A DNA stretch of 64,000 nucleotides from a virus, in IMG/VR virus record IMGVR_UViG_3300034121_000940, positions 57,673-121,672 of that record; one strand, written 5' to 3'. Made by a program: the position numbers and the translations under genes. This document shows positions 19,535-29,631 of this stretch, one piece after another (position 1 is the first letter of the stretch; the number at the start of each line of letters is the position of its first letter). A model generated the notes under the pieces. It did not search any database. It saw nothing but the letters and a program-made list of their open reading frames with translations, and was not told the DNA's origin.

Positions 19535-19915
19535 ATGGAAACAGTATTTAAAGTAGGTGATAAAGTCTTTGACATTAAGTATGGTTGGGGAACAGTTAAA
19601 GAAGCAGGTAAGTATTCAAAACGTGGTTTATATGTTGCTTTTGAAAAAAATACTGCAAGTTACTATTCAAATGGTGCAGCATTTGATTGTGTAACACCAA
19701 CACTCTCATTCACAGAATACACCTTACAAGGTTTTAGTCAAGAAAGACTGATTATACTGCCTGAAGTTGGTGAGTTGTGTTTGATGAGAGATGCAGATAT
19801 TGAAGAATGGAAAGCGGTTGCATTTGAACAATATGATTCAAGTGATAAATATCCATTTATTACAGAAAAAGGTTTTGCTTTTAAACAAATGAAAAGAATT
19901 AAAATATTAGACTAA
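19535..19915 (+). CDS. hypothetical protein (FKVGDKVFD...GWG.V family)
   Basis: SH3-like N-terminus common in Bacteroidota phages. Confidence 0.65.
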   Translation: METVFKVGDKVFDIKYGWGTVKEAGKYSKRGLYVAFEKNTASYYSNGAAFDCVTPTLSFTEYTLQGFSQERLIILPEVGELCLMRDADIEEWKAVAFEQYDSSDKYPFITEKGFAFKQMKRIKILD

Positions 19916-21015
19916 TGATTACAAAAGATGATGTACAAGACATTGCATTAGCTAAAACTGATGATCATAGGAGATGCTCAATTGTTTTAGGAACCGGAGT
20001 TGGGAAAACTAGAGTTGGTCTGAACCATATCAATAGAAATACATCTCCTCTAAACAAAGTATTGGTTGTTGCACCAAAGAAATCTATATTTCAATCTTGG
20101 ATTGATGATGCTGGTAAATTTGATATGGCTAATCTACTTGGTAGAATAGTATTTACTACTTATCTAAGCATAAACAAACATGATCCAAATGATTATGATA
20201 TTGTTTACTTGGATGAAGTACATAGTCTTCTTGATAGTCACAGACTATTCTTAGAGAACTTTAAGGGTAAAATACTAGGTCTTACAGGCACACCACCAAA
20301 GTATGATGGGTCTGAAAAAGGTAGAATGGTTAATGATTTTTGTCCTGTAGTATATAGTTTTCAAGCTGATGATGCTGTAGATAACAATATCTTAAATGAT
20401 TACAAGATATTTGTTCATATGCTTGAATTATCAAATGAAAAAAATTACTTGGTTAAGACTAGTAATAATGCATTTGTTACTTCAGAGAAATTAAACTATC
20501 AGTATTGGTCTCATAGAGTTGAGTCTGGTGGTGGTAATTTGCAAATGCTTAGAGTAATGAGAATGCGTGCTCTTATGGAGTATCCTAGTAAAGAAAGATA
20601 TACTAAGAAACTTATTGAGAGTATATCTCAGAAGAGTAAAGTAATTGTATTTGCTAATACTCAAGAGCAGGCTGATAAACTATCTCAATACTCATATCAC
20701 AGCGGTAATAGCAGAAGTGATGAGAACCTTGAGTTATTCAAAAATAGTAGTATAAATTGCCTATCAACTGTACATCAGTTGAGTGAAGGTGTTAATATTC
20801 CTAATTTGAGACAAGGTATTATCATGCATGCTTATGGTAATGAGAGAAAGTCAGCTCAAAGAATAGGTAGGCTTCTAAGACTTAATCCAGATGACACAGC
20901 TGTAGTGCATATATTATGCTATAGAAACACTATGGATGAGCAGTGGGTTAAACAAGCCTTAGAAGGATTTGATCAAACTAAGATAACTTACAAAACATTT
21001 AATGTACAATACTGA
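19915..21015 (+). CDS. superfamily II DExH helicase
   Basis: GTGVGKT, LDEVH, GLTGTP, LSEGVNIP and QRIGRLLR. Confidence 0.92.
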   Translation: MITKDDVQDIALAKTDDHRRCSIVLGTGVGKTRVGLNHINRNTSPLNKVLVVAPKKSIFQSWIDDAGKFDMANLLGRIVFTTYLSINKHDPNDYDIVYLDEVHSLLDSHRLFLENFKGKILGLTGTPPKYDGSEKGRMVNDFCPVVYSFQADDAVDNNILNDYKIFVHMLELSNEKNYLVKTSNNAFVTSEKLNYQYWSHRVESGGGNLQMLRVMRMRALMEYPSKERYTKKLIESISQKSKVIVFANTQEQADKLSQYSYHSGNSRSDENLELFKNSSINCLSTVHQLSEGVNIPNLRQGIIMHAYGNERKSAQRIGRLLRLNPDDTAVVHILCYRNTMDEQWVKQALEGFDQTKITYKTFNVQY

Positions 21016-21037
21016 GAAAAATTCCATAAATTATAGT

Positions 21038-21277
21038 ATGGAGAACAAAACACATAAACTAGTATTATTCAATGATGATGTGCATGACTTTTTATATGTG
21101 ATTGCATGTCTTATGAAATATTGTGACCATGATCCACATCAGGCAGAACAGTGTGCTCTTATAGCACATAGTAATGGTTCTATAGATGTTGCATCTGGTG
21201 ATTTTATGAAGATACTAGAGATTCATGAAAATCTTAGTAAGATGGAAATGAAAACTGAAATATCAGAGTATGCTTAA
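21038..21277 (+). CDS. clpS: ClpS N-degron adaptor homologue
   Basis: LVLFNDDVHDFLYVIACLMKYCDHDPHQAEQCALIAHSNG matches the Bacteroidota-type ClpS signature (NDD...H.G). Confidence 0.85.
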   Translation: MENKTHKLVLFNDDVHDFLYVIACLMKYCDHDPHQAEQCALIAHSNGSIDVASGDFMKILEIHENLSKMEMKTEISEYA

Positions 21278-22088
21278 AGTAATATGTATAAATGACAAAA
21301 ACAAGCCTTCAAAGATCCCTTATAGTGAGTGGATAGTTGAAGGCTCTGTTTATACAGTGAAAAGAATTGTTCAATTAGCACTGATGAACAACCAAGTTGG
21401 ATTTGAATTGGAAGAAGTATCTCTTTCTCCAGAATCTTTTCCGTATGAATACTATAGTGCTTCACGTTTTAAACCAACAGAAGATGAAAAAGAAATTGCA
21501 AAGTATGAAGAGTCTGATTTATCAGTGGTTCTCTAAGAAGAAAGAAGTTAAGTTAACAGACAACAGTGAGTATTTAAAGATCAAGATAATTGATGATACT
21601 GCACAGACTATATCAGCTTCATTAGGTATTACAGACAAAAGAAAACAGTTTCTTATTGATCTTGTAAATACTGAAATGAAAGAACATGAGAATATAGTTG
21701 AAATAATGGTCAATATAAGTCAACATGTTACTCACCAAAATGAACTAGGATTTGCTATTTATGTATTAGCACAACATCTTGAAAAAGAATGTCAAAATCC
21801 TATTGTTAGAATTATGGGTATCATAGGTAAAAAGTTTGATGGGGAAGATTAAAGAAATTTACATAGACTTGATAAACTCTGGTGTAACACCTGATGGTTT
21901 ATCAGTTGGAGAAGCTCTTGATATTCTAAAACAAAAAGAGAATGAAGAAGGAGAACAATATGCCAGACAACAATCAACTGGTGAACAAGAAGATAGCAGA
22001 GAGACTTGAGTATTTCAACAAGCTTGATGAAAAAGAAAGAAAAGCTAAAAAACAAGAAAAAACAATCAGTACAGGTGTGAGCAATTAG
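21270..22088 (+). CDS. four small hypothetical ORFs (21270-21536, ~21505-21852, 21839-22009, 21960-22088)
   Basis: The last two were translated manually (MGKIKEIYIDL...; MPDNNQLVNKKIAERLEYF...). Confidence 0.55.
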
Positions 22089-22143
22089 ATTCCTGTGCGA
22101 TCCATTAGTGGGTGGCTGACCTTAAAGCAGGCGACTGGTTCTA

Positions 22144-22219
22144 TGTGTTGTTCCCTTGAGAAAGGAGATGAGTAAATGTGGATAGTTGAGTTGCCACCAA
22201 CACAGAGGTTCTCAACCTC
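22144..22219 (+). ncRNA. structured RNA element with a loop-loop pseudoknot
   Basis: TGTGTTG/CAACACA stem; loop TTGAGAA is complementary to loop TTCTCAA of the adjacent GAGG/CCTC hairpin. Confidence 0.55.
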
Positions 22220-22522
22220 AAACTGAATGGTAGCCAATTATGAATCGCTATTAAGCAATACTTGCAACTTAACAAGGTTTAATGGAAAGATTGGTGATTT
22301 AAGTATTTTGACATATGTCATAACCTAGTTACTGAGGGTTTTATGAGGTTTTGTAGCTATACATACCTAGAGAAGTAACAAATAGCAAAACAGATTGACC
22401 CAAAGGCATGGGTGTAGTGTTAATAAGTGCTGACCTCTCAAATGGAGAGTTAAGTATGAGGGCGATGTATCACTTATTAATAATGACTCTACAATATGAA
22501 CAGGTAGCTTCCTGTTATTTAT

Positions 22523-22682
22523 GATGAGATGGTGGAATTGGTTAGACACTATCATTTTTTGTGGAAAATAAATGTGAGTATAAGGCGTGGTTAGCTGCCA
22601 AAAGCAATACTGAGAGAGGAACTCTTGAAGCAAAAAATGATAATCCAGACGTGGAATGCAGGTTCAATTCCTGTTCTCATCA
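22523..22682 (+). ncRNA. tRNA-Leu-like RNA with the anticodon loop replaced by a ~70-nt domain
   Basis: Acceptor GATGAGA/TCTCATC+A; Leu-type D arm TGGTGGAATTGGTTAGACAC; 12-bp helix TATCATTTTTTG/CAAAAAATGATA; variable arm TCCA-GACG-TGGA; T arm GCAGG-TTCAATT-CCTGT. Confidence 0.7.
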
Positions 22683-22744
22683 CTAAATCCTGACACCGCT
22701 GTTTACTACAGCTTGAGGTTGACAGCCAGGAAAGACTGGTAATT

Positions 22745-22798
22745 GGGCGACTACTGAAGTGGATCAGGTGGTGATGGTTCGAGTCCATATGTTGTCCA
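22745..22798 (+). ncRNA. truncated tRNA-like element lacking one arm
   Basis: GGGCGAC/GTTGTCC+A acceptor, a single CTGA/TCAG hairpin, and T arm ATGG-TTCGAGT-CCAT. Confidence 0.45.
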
Positions 22799-23062
22799 CA
22801 ACTTCGCTGGTTAATGGGAGAGGTTGGTATCTTACCGTCTCGCGTTAATGGATTACAGTCTTGAAAGAGTTAAACCTATTTTATAGGCCGTTTTTATTCT
22901 GTAAATACTGACACCAACCTCTGCAAGTTTGAAACAAAACTGTACTGCTTAGAAAGATGGAACCGTATAGGCTTGACCTATGAAGATACACGGAAAAATT
23001 GGAGAAAAAGTGTGTATGATGTCCGACAAGTTTGCCACAGGGTATGTTTTAGCAGGACAATT

Positions 23063-23120
23063 AACCGGTGATTAGATGAATATTTACTTGACATTCATAA
23101 ACATCTATCACCGGTTTTTT
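23063..23120 (+). terminator. long hairpin / terminator closing the RNA island
   Basis: AACCGGTGAT.AGATG / CATCTATCACCGGTT followed by a T-run. Confidence 0.6.
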
Positions 23121-23131
23121 AACTTAAATTA

Positions 23132-23653
23132 ATGTATATGAAAGTAACAGTAATGTTTGTAATGATTGGAGTATTTACAGCCGGTTTAGTAAGCTTAGGG
23201 AAAAGTGATAAAAAAGAAATTAAAGCTGTAAAGAAAGTGATTAAAGATACTACAGAAGTAGTAGCAGTAGATAGTTCTAAGTTAAATAAAGAACTATTAG
23301 TAAGTTATATCTTAAAACAAGATATAAAACATCCTGAGATTGCTTATAGTATAGCAATGGGTGAATCAGGAATATGTAGTAATCTATTCAAATCAAACAA
23401 CAACTTGTTTGGTATGAAACATCCTGGAATTAGACCTACAAAGAGTCTAGGTAGAAAAAATGGTTTTGCACATTTTGAGTCTTGGCAACATAGTATACAA
23501 GACTACAAGTTATATCTAGAATTTGTTGGTGGACATATGATGAGTAAGCAACAGTATCTATTACATCTAGATAGAAATTATGCTCACAGAGGATATAGTT
23601 CTTATATCAGTAAGTTTTTTGAAGAATTTTATGCACTGAAAGATCAGTTATGA
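23132..23653 (+). CDS. GH73-like glucosaminidase (peptidoglycan hydrolase) with an N-terminal signal/anchor
   Basis: AMGESG...NNLFGMK...FAHFESWQHSIQDY...YA motifs; hydrophobic N-terminus. Confidence 0.75.
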   Translation: MYMKVTVMFVMIGVFTAGLVSLGKSDKKEIKAVKKVIKDTTEVVAVDSSKLNKELLVSYILKQDIKHPEIAYSIAMGESGICSNLFKSNNNLFGMKHPGIRPTKSLGRKNGFAHFESWQHSIQDYKLYLEFVGGHMMSKQQYLLHLDRNYAHRGYSSYISKFFEEFYALKDQL

Positions 23654-24531
23654 ATTGGGTTACACAGGTGTCTAGAAAGTCAATGCTTATTAGACCCAGT
23701 GGTAGATCTACAGATTATATATCACCGTCCTTTGGACATGGGTGCTTATATAACTGTAGTTACTGCTACATGAAAAGAAATAAACCTACAGGTTTATCTA
23801 TTGCTAAAAATCATGGAGATATATTAACAGCTATCAGTGACCATGCATGGTTTGCTGATGTGGAAAAACCAAATCAAACACATGAAGAGTATATCACTTA
23901 TGATATCTCTTGTAATGAAGACTTTGCTCTGCATGCTAAATACCATCAGTGGGAAAGAATATTTGATTTCTTTACATTACATCCAAGAGCTATGGCATCA
24001 TTTGCTACTAAGTATGTCAATGAAAAGCTCTTAACATTTAATCCTCAAGGTAAGGTAAGAATTAGATTCAGCATGATGCCTGAAGAATATAGACAACAGC
24101 TTGAACCAGGAACTGATCATATTATTGATAGGCTTGCTGCTGTAAGATGGTTTCTTAATGCGGGTTATGAGGTTCATTTAAACTTTAGTCCTGTTATTGT
24201 AGAGGAAGGTTTTGAAGGTTGGGGACTAAAATATGAAAATTTATTTATGGATATTAAAGCAATGGCCTCAATGAATGGTTGGGCTGATAGCAGAGTAAAA
24301 GCTGAAGTAATATTCTTAACTCACAATGTAGATAAGCATTATGCTAATCTTGCTAATAATCTTCCCGGAGAAAGTTTACTTTGGAAACCAAAAATACAAG
24401 AGAAGAAAACATCTCAGTATGGAGGTGCTAACTTGAGGTATAAATATGCTCTTAAAGCACATTATATTGAGGAGTTTAAAAAATTACACCAGGAGATATT
24501 ACCCTGGAACACAATAAGATATATATTTTAA
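23650..24531 (+). CDS. spore photoproduct lyase (SplB)-like radical SAM protein
   Basis: GCLYNCSYCYM (CxxxCxxC), FATK, RIRFS, HLNFSPVI and YGG..LRY. Confidence 0.82.
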   Translation: MNWVTQVSRKSMLIRPSGRSTDYISPSFGHGCLYNCSYCYMKRNKPTGLSIAKNHGDILTAISDHAWFADVEKPNQTHEEYITYDISCNEDFALHAKYHQWERIFDFFTLHPRAMASFATKYVNEKLLTFNPQGKVRIRFSMMPEEYRQQLEPGTDHIIDRLAAVRWFLNAGYEVHLNFSPVIVEEGFEGWGLKYENLFMDIKAMASMNGWADSRVKAEVIFLTHNVDKHYANLANNLPGESLLWKPKIQEKKTSQYGGANLRYKYALKAHYIEEFKKLHQEILPWNTIRYIF

Positions 24532-24541
24532 ATTAAAAATT

Positions 24542-27500
24542 ATGAGAGAAAATTTTATAACATATGAACAAGCATTAGCTTTAAAAGAATTAGGGCTTGA
24601 TGAACCTTGTATAGCTTTTTATAGTGAGCAAATATTAACCTTCCATACACATGGAATAGACCCTCACTTTATTTTCAAAAAAAATTCAGAACTATGGGGT
24701 TCACCTTCAGCACCACTCAAATCACAAGTCTTCAAGTGGTTTAGAGAGGAACATGGTATATGGGTAACATTTGAATATGATGATTGTGATTGTGTTGAAG
24801 CTAATGTATGTTGGTATGTTGGTAAATGTTTCAGATATGGTATAGGACCATTGTTTCTTACAAATGAATTAAATGACTTTAAAACCTATGAAGAAGCTGA
24901 ATCAGCTTGTATAGATAAGTTAATATCAATCATTAAAGAAAAGAAATCATGACACCAGATACAACACTTATAATTAGTAAAACTTTATTGCAAGTAGAAT
25001 ATAGAACTTTGTCAAAAGTAAGAGAAAAATTTCCAAAAAAATCTAATCATAAAGCTGTTGTCTATGTTGAAAAGGAAATGACAAGAGTTCTTAATGAGAT
25101 AGATTTTATTAACCAACAATTAAATTTAAAATCATGAGTAATATACACACTGATTATCTTCAAGGTTTTATTAACCAATTTGGTGATGGTGAACTTGGAG
25201 AACTTAACCCACAAGAATGGGATGTATTGCAATTCTTAAAATGGTTAAAACTAAATAATTTTAAAATAATTAAAAGAAATCATGAAAAACATACATATAC
25301 TCCCAACAACGCAACCAAGTAGGTTAGTTAAAAACTTAAAAGGTATATTTAGCTTAATGAAAGAGTCATTAGAAGTAGGAGGTGCTATTTGTAACATAAA
25401 TATCTACATCACTTCTGAAAATGAAAACATAAATGAAAATGATTATGTGATGACAAGAGATGGTGAATTAATACAGGTTGATTACTTGTTAAGCCCCTAT
25501 GTGCAAAATTCAAATAAAGTAATTTTAACAACAAATACAACTCTAATTGAAGATGGTGTTCAAGCTATTGATGATGAGTTCTTGGAATGGTTTGTTAAGA
25601 ATCATACTTGTGATTTTGTTGAAGTCGAATTAGAGTGTTTTTACCAAGGAAAATGTGTGAAAGAAAGATGTTTAACATATTGTTGTGATGAAAAACAATA
25701 CAAAATCATCATACCACAAGAAGAACCTAAACAAGATTGTACTTGTGGTGTATGTAATGAATGTGAAGAACAAGAAACTATTCAAATTCTAAATGAAGCA
25801 AAAGAAAATGCTTTAAAACAATCTACATTAGAAGAAGCTGCTAAAGAATTTTATCCACCTACAACTACAGATTTAATATGCTCTCCAAAATTAGTTAGAG
25901 ATGCATTTATAGCAGGTGCTAAATTCCAAGCTGAAAGAATGTATGCTGAAGCAGATAACATTATGAGGTTTTTAGATACAGAAGTAGAGTTGAAGCTTTC
26001 AGATACAAAAACTATTGAAAGAATAAAATGGTATTTTGAAACATATTTTGAACAATTTAAAAAGAAATAGTATGGAACAAGTTGTTAGTAAAAGATCTAG
26101 ATATATCTTTTTACATAAAGGAACTAAAGCTAAACTAGAATTTGAAGCAGAAACTGATCATGAAGCTATTATGACATTAGGAAAATTATGTCAGACTGTT
26201 ATGGATTGGACTATGAGAAAACATGGGCTTAGCAAGAGTAAAAAAAATAAACTGTTAAGATGAATAAATTAATGGTGATATTGTGTTTTATGTCTTTCAC
26301 TGGAAAGAATGACTTAGTAATAAACTCTGAAGTTAATTCTTGTGACAAATACAGAAATATAAAAATTATATTTATAAACTGTAATAATCAGAATAGTGAT
26401 GAGTTTATTACTAGTTGTAGAATAGAGGACAAGAAAATAATTGTTCCAGGTATTTTAAATTATGCTAGTTTTAAAAAGTCATATGAAAGTGCTGATTACA
26501 TGAAGATTAAATTGTTAAGAGGTAGTATTTGTGAAGAACAAATAATAAAGCTATGAAACTAAAACTAAAAGATTTAGACCAAAAATCTCTAAAAAAAATG
26601 AATACTATTCATTTAACTAAACTACTAATAAGTTGTCCTAAAGATAGTGTACAGTTTAGAATCATATGGAATATCTTGCAAAAGAGAAGAAATATGGTTG
26701 AGAACTTCTCTAAGAAAGCTCTTGAACAAGTGCAAAAAGAGTACAAAGAAAGTTTAGAAAAAAATAAAATACACTTTGGTTACAAAAATGTAGAGTATTT
26801 TACTGAAGAAGAAATGATTAATGGTTATGTGGTACCGAAATATGAGGAACTTAGTCCTGAAGAAAAAGAAATTTATGACAAAGAAGAAAGCTAGAAAGTC
26901 TGATTATATCTGCTCTAAGTGTGGAGTAGACTATCTTACACAAGAACAGAAAGATAAAGCACGGATTTGCACATTCTTTCTTGGAACATGTGGTTTATGT
27001 AATGAGCATGCTGCTATTACACACATTAGAAATTATAATTATTTAAATAAAAAAGAATGAAAGCAACATTTGTGTTTGATATGAATGATCCAGAGGATAT
27101 GATGGATCATAAAAGAATGAGTAATGCTCTTGGTATGGCTTTAGTACTATGGGAACTAAAAGTCAATGTCAAAAAGAAAATGGAGAATATACTTGATACT
27201 GATAATTTATCAGGTCAAGAAACTCTAGATAGAGTATTTGAAATGATTGGAGAATTAATGGAAGACCAGGGTCTGAATATGGAAAATTTAATACAATAAA
27301 GTTATGGTAAGTAATATATCTGAAACTGATGTGGTAGTAGTAGCTAATAGCATTAGAAAAAAATTAACTACAGAACAAGTTAACAAAGTAATTTTAATGT
27401 ATCCACATGAAGAAGAATGTGATGCAACAGGTACTTGGAATTTAATTGTTGAAAACTGTATATACCAAGTACTACGTGATGAAGAAGTTGTTCTATAGGA

Positions 27501-28222
27501 TAGCTGAAGAATGCCAGTTAATAATATTATTGATTGTATATGGGCAAGAGTAATATAAGTGCTGATGTTGGTAAAGAAATACTGTATTTAGCAAAAGAAC
27601 TTGTTAAAGAGCACATGATTATATCACAATTTGTAAATACTGATGTAAATTACATTTTGTTTAAACACCAAGTAAATATACATTCACCCAGATATGATTT
27701 TCTTAATAAGAAAGAATGGTTGTTTGTATTTAAGCTTGAGCTTAATTTATTACAGTTTCTAGAAATAATTAGTGAAGATGAAAATAACAGAATGTTTGAT
27801 ATGTTACAGTCTGATGAAGATAATATTTACATGGCTGTGCTAAGCTTAAAACAATTTGTTAACCAAAAAAAAGAAGTAAAACCTATTGTTAAAGTCTGGT
27901 CAAAAGAAGAATATTTTAAGCTTGCAACACCAGAACTAATGATGTTTAAAATGAAAAACAAATTATGACAGAGCAAGATTTAATAGATGCAGGCTTTGAG
28001 AAAGTTCATGTATCTAAAGAAGATAGTGGAGATGATGAAGATTACAGTTATTACCTTCTTGAAGTTACTGAAGGTATTACATTAGTATCTGATTCACCTG
28101 TTGAAAATAATGGAGATAGTTGGTCTGTGCATTCTTTTGAATTAGATAAAGTGCTCATAGTAGAAGCAGACCATTTAATTTACTTTCTTAATGCATTAAA
28201 ATTATGTACACTGGCAAACTAG
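24542..28222 (+). CDS. run of 12 hypothetical ORFs (24542-24952, 24949-25137, 25134-25322, 25282-26070, ~26072-26263, 26260-26556, 26553-26894, ~26875-27060 Zn-finger, 27057-27299, 27304-27498, ~27540-27968, 27965-28222)
   Basis: Overlapping start/stop codons; several recurrent Bacteroidota-phage motifs (YEQALALKELG; MKNIHILPT; ETLEEAA-like). Confidence 0.65.
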
Positions 28223-28578
28223 TTAAGAAAGATGGTAAGCTTACATATGCCCATCCGAAGGATAAGTTAGCTTATGAACTGTTTCTACAGAAAATTCCTG
28301 AAGGGCAGGAAGTAGAAATGTATATTGATCTTGCTAATGCAGATCATAGCAGAGCACAGATTAATAAAGTGCATGCTTGTATTAGAGAGTTAGCCAAAGA
28401 ATCTGGCTATACTTTTGAAGAAATGAAGAAGATTGTGAAAGAAAGATCTGGTCTTTGTTACACAGACTCAGAAGGTGAGTATTGCAAATCATTTGCAGAG
28501 TGTACCAAAGACCAAATCATGTTAAGTATTGAAGCTTGTATAGAAATAGGTGTAGAATTAAATGTTAATCTTCAGTAG
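28204..28578 (+). CDS. NinB/DUF1367-like protein
   Basis: S.AQ...VHACIRELAKESGYTFEEMK..VK...SFA pattern. Confidence 0.55.
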   Translation: MYTGKLVKKDGKLTYAHPKDKLAYELFLQKIPEGQEVEMYIDLANADHSRAQINKVHACIRELAKESGYTFEEMKKIVKERSGLCYTDSEGEYCKSFAECTKDQIMLSIEACIEIGVELNVNLQ

Positions 28579-28876
28579 GAGCAACATAACCTTCATCTCC
28601 GGGTTCAAGTACATCAGTTTCAACATACAGATTTTGATTTTTAGCTTGTAATTCTATTTCAGCTATTAACAATGTCATAGTTTTAACAAGTTTTTGATCA
28701 TCATCAAGTTCATCATAACTTTTTGAACCAATGTTATTAAAGTATTCTTGTGATGGGTTGTTTTTCATCATGTTATTAATTAAATAAAAAATACCCATTT
28801 TTACCATTAAATAATAACCTTTACTAACTTGTATTTGCACTAAAGCATTTTCTTTTAACTCTTTTGCTTTGATCAT
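28565..28876 (-). CDS. hypothetical protein, lone antisense gene
   Basis: 103-aa ORF filling the gap; no competing plus-strand ORF. Confidence 0.65.
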   Translation of the reverse strand: MIKAKELKENALVQIQVSKGYYLMVKMGIFYLINNMMKNNPSQEYFNNIGSKSYDELDDDQKLVKTMTLLIAEIELQAKNQNLYVETDVLEPGDEGYVAPTED

Positions 28877-28908
28877 TGGTTTTTAAATTTAAATTACAAT
28901 GTAAAAAT

Positions 28909-29631
28909 ATGAAACAAAAATTAGAAATTGATAAAATAAGAGACAGAATCTATGAAGATTTACAACCTTCTGGTTGGGGAAGAGTATTAAGAACATTTAT
29001 TTATAGTTCTGATTTTGATAATATTTTGCATAGTCTTGTAGTAGAAGTAAATGCAGGAAACAGATTTACACCACCTCTCAAAGATGTATTCAGAGCATTT
29101 AAAGAATGTCCATATGAAGAACTTAAAGTTGTGATTGTAGGTCAAGATCCCTATCCATCTATTGACACAGCCGATGGTATTGCATTTAGTTGTAGTAAGA
29201 GTAAGACACCGGGGCAAATACAACCTAGTTTAAAGTTTATGTTACAAGAAGTAAACAGAACTGTTTATAATGGTGAATATGTTAGTTACAATCCTGATTT
29301 AGCAAGATGGTCAAATCAAGGTATATTAATGCTTAATACTGCTCTTACAACACAAATAGGTAAGATTGGTAAACATTATGAAATCTGGAAACCTTTACTA
29401 AACTATTTATTTGACTATTTAAAACTTTACAATCCTGGTTTAGTATACATCTTTATGGGAAAAGAAGCAAAAAATTGGGAAGATACTGTAGGAGAAACTT
29501 GTCACAAGTATTTTTGCTCACATCCTGCATCAGCTGTTTATAACACTAAACAAGTTTGGGATTGTAATAATGTTTTCAACAATACATCTGAAATTGTAAA
29601 AGAATTACATAATTTTGATATTATTTGGTAA
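28909..29631 (+). CDS. ung: family-1 uracil-DNA glycosylase
   Basis: VIVGQDPY, ADGIAFS, QPSL, WSNQGILMLNTALT and SHPAS. Confidence 0.92.
   Translation: MKQKLEIDKIRDRIYEDLQPSGWGRVLRTFIYSSDFDNILHSLVVEVNAGNRFTPPLKDVFRAFKECPYEELKVVIVGQDPYPSIDTADGIAFSCSKSKTPGQIQPSLKFMLQEVNRTVYNGEYVSYNPDLARWSNQGILMLNTALTTQIGKIGKHYEIWKPLLNYLFDYLKLYNPGLVYIFMGKEAKNWEDTVGETCHKYFCSHPASAVYNTKQVWDCNNVFNNTSEIVKELHNFDIIW

Noticed and set aside
22585-22605. Pistol ribozyme (CGTGGTTAG resembles its 5' end)
   Set aside because: The partner strand GCCACG and the pseudoknot are absent.
22523-22682. tmRNA or intron-containing tRNA-Leu
   Set aside because: No G3-U70 pair, no Ala-ending tag ORF, only 160 nt, and no group I core. 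No splice junction is evident within the continuous 12-bp helix.
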